Assembly: GCA_009380105.1 (NCBI GenBank)
Contig: WHSM01000001.1
Span: 1 to 52,334 of the forward strand
Source of the DNA: Micromonosporaceae bacterium
GTDB taxonomy: Bacteria > Actinomycetota > Actinomycetes > Mycobacteriales > Micromonosporaceae
Direction: 5' to 3'
DNA length: 52,334 bases
Numbering within the stretch: position 1 is the first letter of the stretch; each line of letters opens with the position of its first letter. Both the position numbers and the translations under genes were made by a program. This document shows positions 21,722 to 31,385 of this stretch, piece after piece. The notes beneath the pieces are model-generated. The model worked only from the letters and a program-made list of their open reading frames with translations. It was not told where the DNA came from and did not search any database.

Positions 21722-23305
21722 GTGGATTCACCTGAAGCCGCTGGTCACCCACAGCGGTGGACCATCCTCGGGGTGCTGGTGGTCAGCCTGCTCGTGGTGG
21801 TCCTGGACAACACAGTGCTGAACGTGGCGTTGAAGGCGATCGCCGATCCGGTGCACGGCCTCGGGGCCACCCAGAGCGAGCTTGAGTGGTCCATCAACTC
21901 GTACACACTCGTCTTCGCGGGCCTGCTGTTCACCTCGGGCGTCCTGGGGGACCGGCACGGACGCCGCGCCGCGCTGCTGCTCGGCATGGTGCTCTTCGGG
22001 CTGGCGTCGCTGGCGTCGGCGTACGCTCAGACGCCCGCTCAGTTGATTGGCGCCCGGGCCCTGATGGGGATCGGCGGAGCGGCGATCCTGCCCGCCACGC
22101 TGTCCATCATCAGCAACGTCTTCCACCCCACGGAGCGCGCCCGCGCGATCGGCGTGTGGGCCGGCGCGGTGGGGCTCGGGGTGGCGATCGGCCCTGTGGT
22201 CGGGGGCGCGCTGTTGGAGCGCTTCTGGTGGGGCTCGGTCTTCCTCATCAACGTGCCGATCCTGCTGGCCGGCCTGATCGCCGTGCTCGTGTTGGTGCCC
22301 GAGTCGCGCGATCCCAGCCCGGGCCGGATCGACGCTATCGGCGTGGCGCTGTCCATCGTCGGTCTGGTGTCCCTGGTGTACGGCGTCATCGAAGGCGGGG
22401 AGACCGGTGACTGGGGCCGGCCCGACGTGTGGGGACCGATCGCCGCCGGAGTCGGCGTGATCGCCGCGTTCATCTGGTACGAACGGCGCGCGGCGCACCC
22501 CGCGCTGGACGTGACCCTGTTCCGGGATCCGCGATTCTCGGCCGCGGTGGCCATGATCGGCCTGGTCTTCTTCGGCGCGATGGGCACGTTCTTCTTCGGG
22601 AGCTTCTACCTGCAGCTGGTGCGGGGCTTCACCCCGCTGCAGGCGGGCCTGTTGATGCTGCCGTTCGCAGCCGCGCAACTGATCTTCGCGCCGTTGAGCT
22701 CCAGCCTGGTCAAGCGGTACGGCCCCAAGGCCGTGTCCGTGACCGCCCTGCTCGTCACGGCCGTGGCGACCGGCGGGTTCACCATCGTGGCCGTGGACAC
22801 CCCGGTGTGGCTGCTGGGGACCTTCTTCTTCCTGCAGGGCGTGGGAATGGCCTCCGTGATCCCCTCCGCGACCGAGTCCGTGATGTCCACGCTGCCGCGC
22901 GAAAAGGCCGGGGTGGGCTCCGCGGTGAACAACACGATCCGGCAGGTGGGCGGCGCGTTGGGCGTCGCCGTGCTCGGGTCGCTGCTCTCCGCGGTGTACC
23001 GGGAACAGATCACCCCGCACGTCAGCGGACTGCCCCACTCAGCCCAGGAGGTCGCGAAGGAGTCCGTCGCCGGGACGTATGGCGTCGCCGATCGTCTCGG
23101 CCCGGCGAGCGCCTCGTTGCTCGACTCGGCTGACGACGCCTTCGTCACCGCGATGCACTGGGCGGCCGGCGGCTCGGTGGCGGTCATGCTGGTCGGCGCG
23201 CTGGTGGCGCTCAAGTGGCTACCAGGCCTGCCGGCTGGCACACCGGCTGCCACACCGGCTGCCGCTTCGCGGGTCGGTGAGCCGGAGTTGGTGGAAGCCG
23301 GCTGA
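21722..23305 (+). CDS. MFS transporter, DHA2 (EmrB/QacA, 14-TMS) drug-efflux family
   Basis: 527 aa. RWTILGVLVVSLLVVVLDNTVLNVALKAI, GVLGDRHGRR (motif A-like), and many hydrophobic segments typical of DHA2. Confidence 0.85.
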   Translation: MDSPEAAGHPQRWTILGVLVVSLLVVVLDNTVLNVALKAIADPVHGLGATQSELEWSINSYTLVFAGLLFTSGVLGDRHGRRAALLLGMVLFGLASLASAYAQTPAQLIGARALMGIGGAAILPATLSIISNVFHPTERARAIGVWAGAVGLGVAIGPVVGGALLERFWWGSVFLINVPILLAGLIAVLVLVPESRDPSPGRIDAIGVALSIVGLVSLVYGVIEGGETGDWGRPDVWGPIAAGVGVIAAFIWYERRAAHPALDVTLFRDPRFSAAVAMIGLVFFGAMGTFFFGSFYLQLVRGFTPLQAGLLMLPFAAAQLIFAPLSSSLVKRYGPKAVSVTALLVTAVATGGFTIVAVDTPVWLLGTFFFLQGVGMASVIPSATESVMSTLPREKAGVGSAVNNTIRQVGGALGVAVLGSLLSAVYREQITPHVSGLPHSAQEVAKESVAGTYGVADRLGPASASLLDSADDAFVTAMHWAAGGSVAVMLVGALVALKWLPGLPAGTPAATPAAASRVGEPELVEAG

Positions 23306-23323
23306 CTTGCGGAGAATGACCGC

Positions 23324-23938
23324 ATGACCACGACTGGCGCCGGAGCTGCGCGACCTGTTGGCAGGCCGCGCAGCTCCCAGGCCAGCGACGCCATCATCTC
23401 GGCGACCCTGGATCTTCTCGCGGAGGGCGTCACCATCGAGGCGCTCACCATCGAGGCGATCGCGTCGCGTGCCGGCGTCGGCAAGGCGACGGTCTACCGG
23501 CGATGGCCCAACAAGGAAGCGCTGGTGATCGACGCGATCGCCTGCCTCAAAGGCGCGACGCCGCTGCTTCCGGGCCGGTCGGTGCGCGAGGACCTGGTCA
23601 CTCTGCTGGCTGGCATGGGCAAGGCCAACGACACGCCTGAGGGGCGGATCGTGCTCGCTGTGCTCCCGGAGATCCGGCGGAACCCCGAGCTGTCCGCCCG
23701 CTACGCCGCGATGGTGGACAGCCGCCGTGAGGTGATCCGCGAGGTCTTCCGGCGCGGCCTGGCCTCCGGTGAGCTGACGCCGGACCTCGACGTCGAGCTC
23801 GCGCTCGCCATGCTCTCGAGCCCCATGATGTCGGTGGCGTCGATGCGCATGTTTCCGCGGGTGTCGGAGGAGCGGCTGGCCGAGCGCATCGTCGACCTGG
23901 CGCTCGCCGGCATGCGGGGCCCGGCGCCGTGCGAGTGA
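23324..23938 (+). CDS. TetR/AcrR-family transcriptional regulator
   Basis: 204 aa. N-terminal HTH LTIEAIASRAGVGKATVYRRWPNKEAL. Lies 18 nt downstream of the MFS gene on the same strand. Confidence 0.85.
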   Translation: MTTTGAGAARPVGRPRSSQASDAIISATLDLLAEGVTIEALTIEAIASRAGVGKATVYRRWPNKEALVIDAIACLKGATPLLPGRSVREDLVTLLAGMGKANDTPEGRIVLAVLPEIRRNPELSARYAAMVDSRREVIREVFRRGLASGELTPDLDVELALAMLSSPMMSVASMRMFPRVSEERLAERIVDLALAGMRGPAPCE

Positions 23939-23993
23939 GCGTGCCACGCTGGGGCATGATGGCTGGCGGAGAAGACTACTTCCACGAGGGCGG

Positions 23994-24347
23994 GTGCATC
24001 CAGTCATGAACGCAGCGTCGGCGTCCGGCTCGACGGGAGCGGTCGCGGCCCGCGATCCCCGCGACCCGGATCCGGTGCGGTCCACCAAGGCGCGCGCCGT
24101 CCTGGCGCTCGGCATCGTCGCCCTGTGCACCTCGATCACGGTCGGCGGGATCATCCCCGCGGTGCTCGCGTTGTCGATGGCCCGCCAGTGCCGCGCCGAG
24201 ATGCGCCGGTCTGAGGGCTTCCTGACCGGCGGGGCGTTGCTGCGGACCGGCGAGCGGCTGGCATGGGCGTCGATCGTCGTGGTGGCGGCGGTGCTCGTGG
24301 TCGCGGCCATCAGCGGCCTGCTGACGCTCGCCCCCGGCGCCGCGTGA
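23994..24347 (+). CDS. Small membrane protein, DUF4190-like
   Basis: 117 aa with two TM helices flanking ...MARQCRAEMRRSEGFLTGGALLRTGERLAW... Start is GTG 23994 or ATG 24006. Family assignment is from memory of the motif pattern. Confidence 0.45.
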   Translation: MHPVMNAASASGSTGAVAARDPRDPDPVRSTKARAVLALGIVALCTSITVGGIIPAVLALSMARQCRAEMRRSEGFLTGGALLRTGERLAWASIVVVAAVLVVAAISGLLTLAPGAA

Positions 24348-24468
24348 GACTGGGCGAGCCGGAGACCGCGCCGCCGCGCCGGATTCCGGCCGGGCCGTGC
24401 CCCCGCCTGTCTCTGACGTCCCGCGTACCCTGGCGGACGGCATCGCGGCATGGCCGTAAGGAGGTTCG

Positions 24469-25029
24469 ATGAGCGACCAGTCCGGTCCCGGGGCGGGCCA
24501 GTCGGGCTCGGAGCCGGAGTCGGCCGACGCGGAAGCGTCCCCGGCCGCGGGCATGCCGCAGCCACCGCCCATGCCGCAGCCACCGCCGATGTCGTACGAG
24601 CAGGGAGCCAGCGAGGCGGCCCAGGCGCCGGCCCCGCCGGCGTCAGCGCCGCCGCATGTCCCGTCGGCGCCACCGGCGCCGCCTCCGCCGCCGCAGCACG
24701 GGGACTTCGTGCTGGTCAGCCCGCACCTGCAGCCGACGACCACCGGCCTGGGGACCGGAGGTCTGGTCAGCGGGATCGGATCCTGCCTGCTGGCGTTGCT
24801 CAGCTGCTGCTGGTGGCCGCTGTTCGCGCTCCCGGCGATCATGGGGATCGGCGCGATGCTGCTCGGCTTCCTCGGCATGCGGCAGGTGAGCGGATCCGGC
24901 GGCGAGGTCGCCGGCAGGGGGATCTCCATCGCCGCGATCGCGACGGGCGGCGTGGGCCTGCTGCTGAGCCTTCTGGCCACTGTGATCGGCCTAATCGCGA
25001 ACGCGAGCGGCGGCTCCGCGTTCGGGTGA
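24469..25029 (+). CDS. Pro-rich N-terminus plus DUF4190-like two-TM membrane protein
   Basis: 186 aa. AGGAGG RBS. PQPPPMPQPPPM and APPAPPPPPQ tracts, then GLVSGIGSCLLALL...IMGIGAMLLGFLGMRQVSGSGGEVAGRGISIAAIATGGVGLLLSLL. Confidence 0.55.
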   Translation: MSDQSGPGAGQSGSEPESADAEASPAAGMPQPPPMPQPPPMSYEQGASEAAQAPAPPASAPPHVPSAPPAPPPPPQHGDFVLVSPHLQPTTTGLGTGGLVSGIGSCLLALLSCCWWPLFALPAIMGIGAMLLGFLGMRQVSGSGGEVAGRGISIAAIATGGVGLLLSLLATVIGLIANASGGSAFG

Positions 25030-25101
25030 GTATGCTTACCTGTGGTGCCGCCCCCAGCGGACGCGGTTCACGAGAGAGTTCGAGAGTTCGGCGACCTCGT
25101 T

Positions 25102-25130
25102 TTGACCTGCGCCCATTTGGTGGGTACCCT
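25102..25130 (+). promoter_or_regulatory. Candidate str-operon (rpsL) promoter
   Basis: TTGACC (25102-25107), 17-nt spacer, TACCCT (25125-25130). This would give a ~345-nt leader. Confidence 0.4.
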
Positions 25131-25282
25131 TTCTGATCGTGCCTAGGCTCACCCCTGGGCCGACATGTGTGCGTCATGCACCACACGATGCGTTTGTCGT
25201 TATCGGCGGTGCGTCTCACCCCGGTGTCGGACGTACGCGGAGATGACACCCCACCGGCTCAATCGCAGGTGGGCGCGCGCGG

Positions 25283-25309
25283 GCGACACGCCCGACCGCG
25301 GGGGTCGGA
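25283..25309 (+). promoter_or_regulatory. Leader element shared with the rpsJ leader (copy A)
   Basis: GCGACACGCCCGACCGCGGGGGtCGGA. The first 22 nt are identical to 30290-30311, and 26/27 nt match overall. A GGAGC-GAAG-GCTCC hairpin follows at 25307-25320. Confidence 0.4.
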
Positions 25310-25480
25310 GCGAAGGCTCCGATGTGGCGAGCGGCCCGGCCCATGCCGGATCGCGCGCCGTACGTGACCGGCCGTCTCGGCGGCCGGTGGCGGTAACACC
25401 GTGAGACCAAGGACCGTAACGAAGACGTCAGCAGAATGCCGACGGCGCGGCCGCAATGGCCGAAGGGAGCGAAAGACCCG

Positions 25481-25855
25481 GTGCCCACCATCTCCCAGCT
25501 GGTCCGCAAGGGCCGCAAGGCGAAGACGAGCAAGACGAAGACGCCAGCCCTCAAGGGCAGCCCGCAGCGGCGCGGCGTGTGCACGCGTGTGTACACCACC
25601 ACGCCCAAGAAGCCGAACTCGGCGCTGCGCAAGGTCGCCCGCGTCAGACTCTCCAGCGGCATCGAGGTGACCGCCTACATTCCCGGCGCCGGCCACAACC
25701 TGCAGGAGCACTCGATCGTGCTCGTGCGTGGCGGCCGGGTGCGGGACCTCCCGGGCGTCCGTTACAAGATCATCCGCGGTTCGTTGGACACCCAGGGTGT
25801 CCGGGACCGCAAGCAGGCGCGCAGCCGCTACGGCGCGAAGAAGGAGAAGAGCTGA
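25481..25855 (+). CDS. rpsL: 30S ribosomal protein uS12
   Basis: 124 aa from GTG 25481 (RBS gaagggag). [12 protein letters not shown]...[12 protein letters not shown]...[18 protein letters not shown]. The longer ORF start at 25436 is rejected by homology. Confidence 0.95.
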   Translation: MPTISQLVRKGRKAKTSKTKTPALKGSPQRRGVCTRVYTTTPKKPNSALRKVARVRLSSGIEVTAYIPGAGHNLQEHSIVLVRGGRVRDLPGVRYKIIRGSLDTQGVRDRKQARSRYGAKKEKS

Positions 25856-25856
25856 C

Positions 25857-26327
25857 ATGCCGCGTAAAGGCCCCGCGCCGCGCCGGCCGCTGACCCCGGA
25901 TCCGGTGCACAACTCCGTGCTCGTGACGCAGCTGGTCAACAAGCTTCTGCAGCGTGGCAAGCGGCAGCTGGCCGAGCGCGTTGTGTACAACGCGCTCGAC
26001 GGCTGCAAGGAGAAGACCGGCTCCGACCCCGTGGTCACCCTCAAACGGGCGCTGGACAACGTCAAGCCCACCCTGGAGGTGCGCAGCCGCCGGGTTGGTG
26101 GCGCCACGTACCAGGTGCCGGTGGAGGTGCGCCCGCCGCGGGCCACCACGCTGGGTCTGCGCTGGCTCGTCCAGTACTCCCGGGCGCGACGTGAGAAGAC
26201 GATGGTCGAGCGCCTGATGAACGAGCTGCTCGACGCCAGCAACGGCCTCGGCGCCGCCGTGAAGCGGCGTGAGGACACCCACAAGATGGCCGAGTCCAAC
26301 AAGGCCTTCGCGCACTACCGCTGGTGA
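25857..26327 (+). CDS. rpsG: 30S ribosomal protein uS7
   Basis: 156 aa. [31 protein letters not shown]...AFAHYRW. The ATG lies 1 nt after the rpsL stop. Confidence 0.95.
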   Translation: MPRKGPAPRRPLTPDPVHNSVLVTQLVNKLLQRGKRQLAERVVYNALDGCKEKTGSDPVVTLKRALDNVKPTLEVRSRRVGGATYQVPVEVRPPRATTLGLRWLVQYSRARREKTMVERLMNELLDASNGLGAAVKRREDTHKMAESNKAFAHYRW

Positions 26328-26471
26328 GTCGCCCGGGGGTGTGATCCCCCGGCGGCACGGAGCAGGACAACTGCAGGACTGCACAGAGCACATCGGCGGG
26401 CCGCCGGCCCGCCGCAGAAAGGCAAGAACGAGGACTTACATGGGGCGCACGCCCTATGGGGGAAGGTTGAA

Positions 26472-28571
26472 GTGGCTAACGCCGACGCCGCGCTGGCCAA
26501 GGTCCGCAATATCGGCATCATGGCGCACATCGATGCCGGTAAGACCACCACGACTGAGCGCATCCTGTTCTACACCGGCATCACCTACAAGATCGGTGAG
26601 GTCCACGACGGCGCTGCCGTCATGGACTGGATGGAGCAGGAGCAGGAGCGGGGCATCACGATCACTTCCGCCGCCACCAAGTGCGAGTGGAAGGGCCACA
26701 CGGTCCAGATCATCGACACGCCCGGCCACGTCGACTTCACCGTCGAGGTGGAGCGTTCGCTGCGCGTGCTCGACGGCGCCATCGCCGTCTACGACGGCGT
26801 GGCAGGTGTGGAGCCCCAGACCGAGACGGTCTGGCGGCAGGCGGACAAGTACAACGTGCCGCGGATGTGCTTCGTCAACAAGCTGGACCGGACCGGCGCG
26901 GACTTCTTCCGCTGCGTGGAGATGATGAAGGACCGGCTGAACGCCACCGTGCTGGTGCTGCAGCTGCCGATCGGCAACGAGTCGAACTTCGTCGGCGTGG
27001 TCGACCTGGTCGAGATGCGCGCGCTCACCTGGCGCGGGGAGACCCAGAAGGGCGAGGACTACGCGGTCGAGGAGATCCCAGCCGAGCTCGCCGACCAGGC
27101 CGCCGAGTACCGCGAGAAGCTGCTCGAGACCCTGGCCGAGAACGACGACGCGGTGATGGAGAAGTACCTCGAGGGCGAGGAGCTCACGGTCGAGGAGATC
27201 AAGGCCGGCATCCGCCGCGCCACGATCGCGAGCAGCCTGAACCCGGTGCTGACCGGTTCGGCGTTCAAGAACAAGGGCGTGCAGTCCATGCTCGACGCCG
27301 TGGTGGACTACCTGCCCAGCCCGCTGGACGTTCCTCCGGTGGAGGGCCTCGCGACCGACGGCGAGACGCCGGTGCAGCGCAAGGCCAGCCCCAGCGAGCC
27401 GTTCTCTGCGCTCGCCTTCAAGATCCAGACTGACCAGCACCTGGGCAAGCTGACCTACGTCCGCGTCTACTCCGGCAAGCTGGAGGCGGGCTCGCAGCTG
27501 ATCAACTCCTCCAAGGACCGCAAGGAACGGATCGGCAAGATCTTCCAGATGCACGCCAACAAGCGGGAAGAGCGGCCGTTCGCGCTGGCGGGGGACATCG
27601 TCGCGGTGCAGGGTCTGAAGCAGACCACCACCGGCGACACGCTCTGCGACCCGGCGCACCCGGTGATCCTGGAGTCGATGACGTTCCCGGAGCCGGTCAT
27701 CTCGGTGGCGATCGAGCCGAAGAGCAAGGCCGACCAGGACAAGCTCAGCACAGCGATCCAGAAGCTGGCCGAGGAGGACCCGACCTTCCGCGTCTACAAC
27801 GACGAGGAGACCGGTCAGACGGTCATCCAGGGCATGGGCGAGCTGCACCTTGAGGTGCTGGTCGACCGGATGAAGCGCGAGTTCAGGGTCGAGGCCAACA
27901 TCGGCAAGCCGCAGGTGGCCTACCGCGAGACGATCCGCAAGACCGTCCAGAAGGTCAACTACCTGCACAAGAAGCAGACCGGCGGCTCGGGCCAGTTCGC
28001 CAAGGTGATCATCAACCTGGAGCCGCTGCCGTTGGGCGCCGACCAGCCCACGTACGAGTTCGACAACAGCATCACGGGCGGCCGGGTGCCGAAGGAGTAC
28101 ATCCCTTCGGTCGACGCCGGCTGCCAGGACGCCATGCAGTACGGCGTGCTCGCCGGCTATCCGCTGGTGGGCTTGAAGGTGACGCTCACCGACGGCCAGT
28201 ACCACGACGTCGACTCGTCCGAGATGGCGTTCAAGATCGCCGGGTCCATGGTCCTCAAGGAGGCCGCTCGCAGGGCTGGCCCGGTGCTGCTCGAACCGAT
28301 GATGTCCGTGGAGGTCCACACTCCCGAGGACTACATGGGCGACGTCATCGGCGACCTAAACTCCCGGCGGGGCACGATCCAGGCGATGGAGGAGCGCGGC
28401 GGCGCTCGCGTCGTCCGGGCCATGGTGCCGCTGTCGGAGATGTTCGGCTACGTCGGCGAACTGCGGTCGAAGACCCAGGGCCGGGCGAGCTACACAATGC
28501 AGTTCGACTCCTACGCCGAGGTTCCCAGCAATGTGGCGAAGGAGATCATCGCAAAAGCAACAGGCGAGTGA
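26472..28571 (+). CDS. fusA: Elongation factor G
   Basis: 699 aa. [41 protein letters not shown] start. Confidence 0.97.
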   Translation: MANADAALAKVRNIGIMAHIDAGKTTTTERILFYTGITYKIGEVHDGAAVMDWMEQEQERGITITSAATKCEWKGHTVQIIDTPGHVDFTVEVERSLRVLDGAIAVYDGVAGVEPQTETVWRQADKYNVPRMCFVNKLDRTGADFFRCVEMMKDRLNATVLVLQLPIGNESNFVGVVDLVEMRALTWRGETQKGEDYAVEEIPAELADQAAEYREKLLETLAENDDAVMEKYLEGEELTVEEIKAGIRRATIASSLNPVLTGSAFKNKGVQSMLDAVVDYLPSPLDVPPVEGLATDGETPVQRKASPSEPFSALAFKIQTDQHLGKLTYVRVYSGKLEAGSQLINSSKDRKERIGKIFQMHANKREERPFALAGDIVAVQGLKQTTTGDTLCDPAHPVILESMTFPEPVISVAIEPKSKADQDKLSTAIQKLAEEDPTFRVYNDEETGQTVIQGMGELHLEVLVDRMKREFRVEANIGKPQVAYRETIRKTVQKVNYLHKKQTGGSGQFAKVIINLEPLPLGADQPTYEFDNSITGGRVPKEYIPSVDAGCQDAMQYGVLAGYPLVGLKVTLTDGQYHDVDSSEMAFKIAGSMVLKEAARRAGPVLLEPMMSVEVHTPEDYMGDVIGDLNSRRGTIQAMEERGGARVVRAMVPLSEMFGYVGELRSKTQGRASYTMQFDSYAEVPSNVAKEIIAKATGE

Positions 28572-28696
28572 GGACTTCAGGCCGCGATGAGTGGTCTGGA
28601 ATCTCACAGAACTGCGACCGCGCCGGCCCCTAGTGGGTCGGAAGACCGAGCCGGAACACGGCGTACGAACCAGCAAAGTCCCAAGGAGGACCCAAA

Positions 28697-29890
<1,194 letters not shown>

Positions 29891-29899
29891 CGCGCTGCC

Positions 29900-29938
29900 G
29901 GTGGCTCTGGCTGGTCACACCGGCCGGCCGGAGCCACC
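29900..29938 (+). terminator. Hairpin (probable terminator) after tuf
   Basis: ~15-bp stem (29900-29914 pairs with 29924-29938, two G.U pairs, 9-nt loop) starting 10 nt after the stop. No U-tract. Confidence 0.5.
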
Positions 29939-29989
29939 ACAGCGGGTCGTCGCGCGTCGCCTCCGGGCGGCCGGGTGGCGGTCCGGTAC

Positions 29990-30062
29990 CCCGATTTCGT
30001 GATGTCGTTGCAGTACGGCATAATGAATTGGTTGCGTCTGCGAGGCTGATCGAGATTGCTCT
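29990..30062 (+). promoter_or_regulatory. AT-rich island with candidate S10-operon promoter(s)
   Basis: Locally AT-rich. Contains CATAAT (30019-30024), and TTGGTT (30028-30033) with an 18-nt spacer to GAGATT (30052-30057). No single unambiguous -35/-10 pair. Confidence 0.3.
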
Positions 30063-30289
30063 GAGCATGTCGATTGCCCCGCTCAGCGAGTGGCCCTGAT
30101 TGCGCGCCGCGCAAAGAGGGTGACTCGGACCCCAGCCCGTGTGGCTGGGCGGTCCGCACTGGCGGCCAAGGTCCCGACTCGGATACCCGGGGCGGAGCCT
30201 GGCTTTCATGCGAATGTCGCGAGGCACACCGCGAGACAGCGGCGTGCCACCCGAGCCGGAAGGTGCGGGAGCGGATTCGGCCGTCAGGC

Positions 30290-30316
30290 GCGACACGCCC
30301 GACCGCGGGGGCCGGA
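30290..30316 (+). promoter_or_regulatory. Leader element shared with the rpsL leader (copy B)
   Basis: GCGACACGCCCGACCGCGGGGGcCGGA. A 9-bp hairpin follows (30330-30338 pairs with 30343-30351, GGAGCGTG-AAGA-CACGCTCC core). 81 nt lie between the element and the rpsJ ATG. Confidence 0.4.
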
Positions 30317-30397
30317 CACAACGGGCGCGGGGAGCGTGAAGACACGCTCCCGGCGACCGACCAGCAGCGGCACGAGAAGAAGGAAACCGAAGCCACC

Positions 30398-30706
30398 ATG
30401 GCGGGACAGAAGATCCGCATCCGGCTCAAGGCCTATGACCACGAGGTCGTTGACTCCTCGGCGCGGAAGATCGTCGAGACCGTGACGCGTACCGGTGCAC
30501 AGGTCGCTGGCCCGGTGCCGCTGCCCACGGAGATCAACCGTTTCTGCGTCATCCGTTCGCCGCACAAGTACAAGGACTCGCGCGAGCACTTCGAGATGCG
30601 TACGCACAAGCGTCTGATCGACATCCTCGATCCCACGCCGAAGACGGTCGACTCGCTGATGCGGCTCGACCTGCCGGCCGGTGTCGACATCGAGATCAAG
30701 CTGTAG
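30398..30706 (+). CDS. rpsJ: 30S ribosomal protein uS10
   Basis: 102 aa. [28 protein letters not shown]...[14 protein letters not shown]. The upstream in-frame extension from 30074 is rejected. Confidence 0.96.
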   Translation: MAGQKIRIRLKAYDHEVVDSSARKIVETVTRTGAQVAGPVPLPTEINRFCVIRSPHKYKDSREHFEMRTHKRLIDILDPTPKTVDSLMRLDLPAGVDIEIKL

Positions 30707-30719
30707 GGACTCCGAGACG

Positions 30720-31385
30720 ATGGATAGGCAAGTCAAAGGCATTCTGGGCGCCAAGCTCGGCATGACGCAGATCTGGGACGAGAACAACCACGTCGTCCCG
30801 GTGACTGTGGTGCAGGCCGGGCCGTGCGTCGTCACCCAGGTGCGCACGGCCGACAAGGACGGCTACTCCGCCGTCCAGCTCGCGTTCGGCGCAATCGACC
30901 CGCGCAAGGCCACCAAGCCGCTGACCGGCCACTTCGAGAAGGCCGGCACAGCGCCGCGCCGCCACGTCGTGGAGCTGCGCACGACCGACGCGAGCGAGTA
31001 CGAGTTGGGCTCCGAGGTCACGGCGGAGGCCTTCGAGTCCGGTCAGCTGGTGGACGTCACCGGCAGGACCAAGGGCAAGGGCTTCGCGGGTGTGATGAAG
31101 CGGCACGGCTTCCACGGTCTGCGCGCCTCGCACGGTGTCGAGCGCAAGCACCGCTCTCCGGGCTCCATCGGCGGCTGCGCGACCCCGGGCCGGGTGTTCC
31201 GCGGCCAGAAGATGGCTGGTCGGATGGGCGGCGTGCGTCACACAGTGCAGAGCCTGACCGTGCACGCGGTGGACACCGAGAACAACCTGCTGCTGATCAA
31301 GGGCGCCGTGCCTGGCCCCAAGGGCGGGCTGGTGCTGGTGCGCACTGCGGCGAAGGCTCCAGCCGGCAAGGGCGGTGCGGCATGA
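30720..31385 (+). CDS. rplC: 50S ribosomal protein uL3
   Basis: 221 aa from ATG 30720. [33 protein letters not shown]...[10 protein letters not shown]. Confidence 0.95.
   Translation: MDRQVKGILGAKLGMTQIWDENNHVVPVTVVQAGPCVVTQVRTADKDGYSAVQLAFGAIDPRKATKPLTGHFEKAGTAPRRHVVELRTTDASEYELGSEVTAEAFESGQLVDVTGRTKGKGFAGVMKRHGFHGLRASHGVERKHRSPGSIGGCATPGRVFRGQKMAGRMGGVRHTVQSLTVHAVDTENNLLLIKGAVPGPKGGLVLVRTAAKAPAGKGGAA

Noticed and set aside
21722-23938. Idea that the DHA2 pump and TetR pair next to rpoBC, rpsL, fusA and tuf (all antibiotic targets) is a self-resistance determinant of an antibiotic producer.
   Set aside because: This is pure positional speculation. No biosynthetic genes are in the window, and such pump and regulator pairs are ubiquitous in actinomycete genomes.
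25165-25404. 79-aa ORF in the rpsL leader with a Cys-rich N-terminus (MCASCTTRCVCRYRRCVSPRC...), which could look like a small metal-binding or leader peptide.
   Set aside because: The first ~20 codons use A/T-ending codons (tgt, tca, aca, cga, gtt, tat) that are atypical for this genome. There is no RBS. The rest is Arg/Pro/Gly filler that merely reads through the shared leader element. It is more parsimoniously non-coding leader RNA.
29891-30397. Checked the 507-nt tuf-rpsJ spacer and other long spacers (13718-14092, 25030-25480, 40762-40997) for tRNA, small RNA genes or CRISPR-like repeats.
   Set aside because: No cloverleaf-compatible arm arrangement with a T-loop GTTCRANYC-type box was seen. 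No repeat-spacer periodicity was seen, only isolated hairpins.
30824-31381. Upstream in-frame extensions in the ORF track that would lengthen conserved genes: rplD from 30824, rpsJ from 30074, rplC from 30681, the mce lipoprotein from 10206, map from 42837, rpoA from 46900, rpsL from 25436, rpsG from 25728, rplP from 35298, rplF from 38416 and rplO from 40285.
   Set aside because: The extensions overlap the preceding conserved gene in another frame, or they are Arg/Pro-rich filler. Homology-consistent internal ATG or GTG codons with an RBS or stop/start overlap are present.
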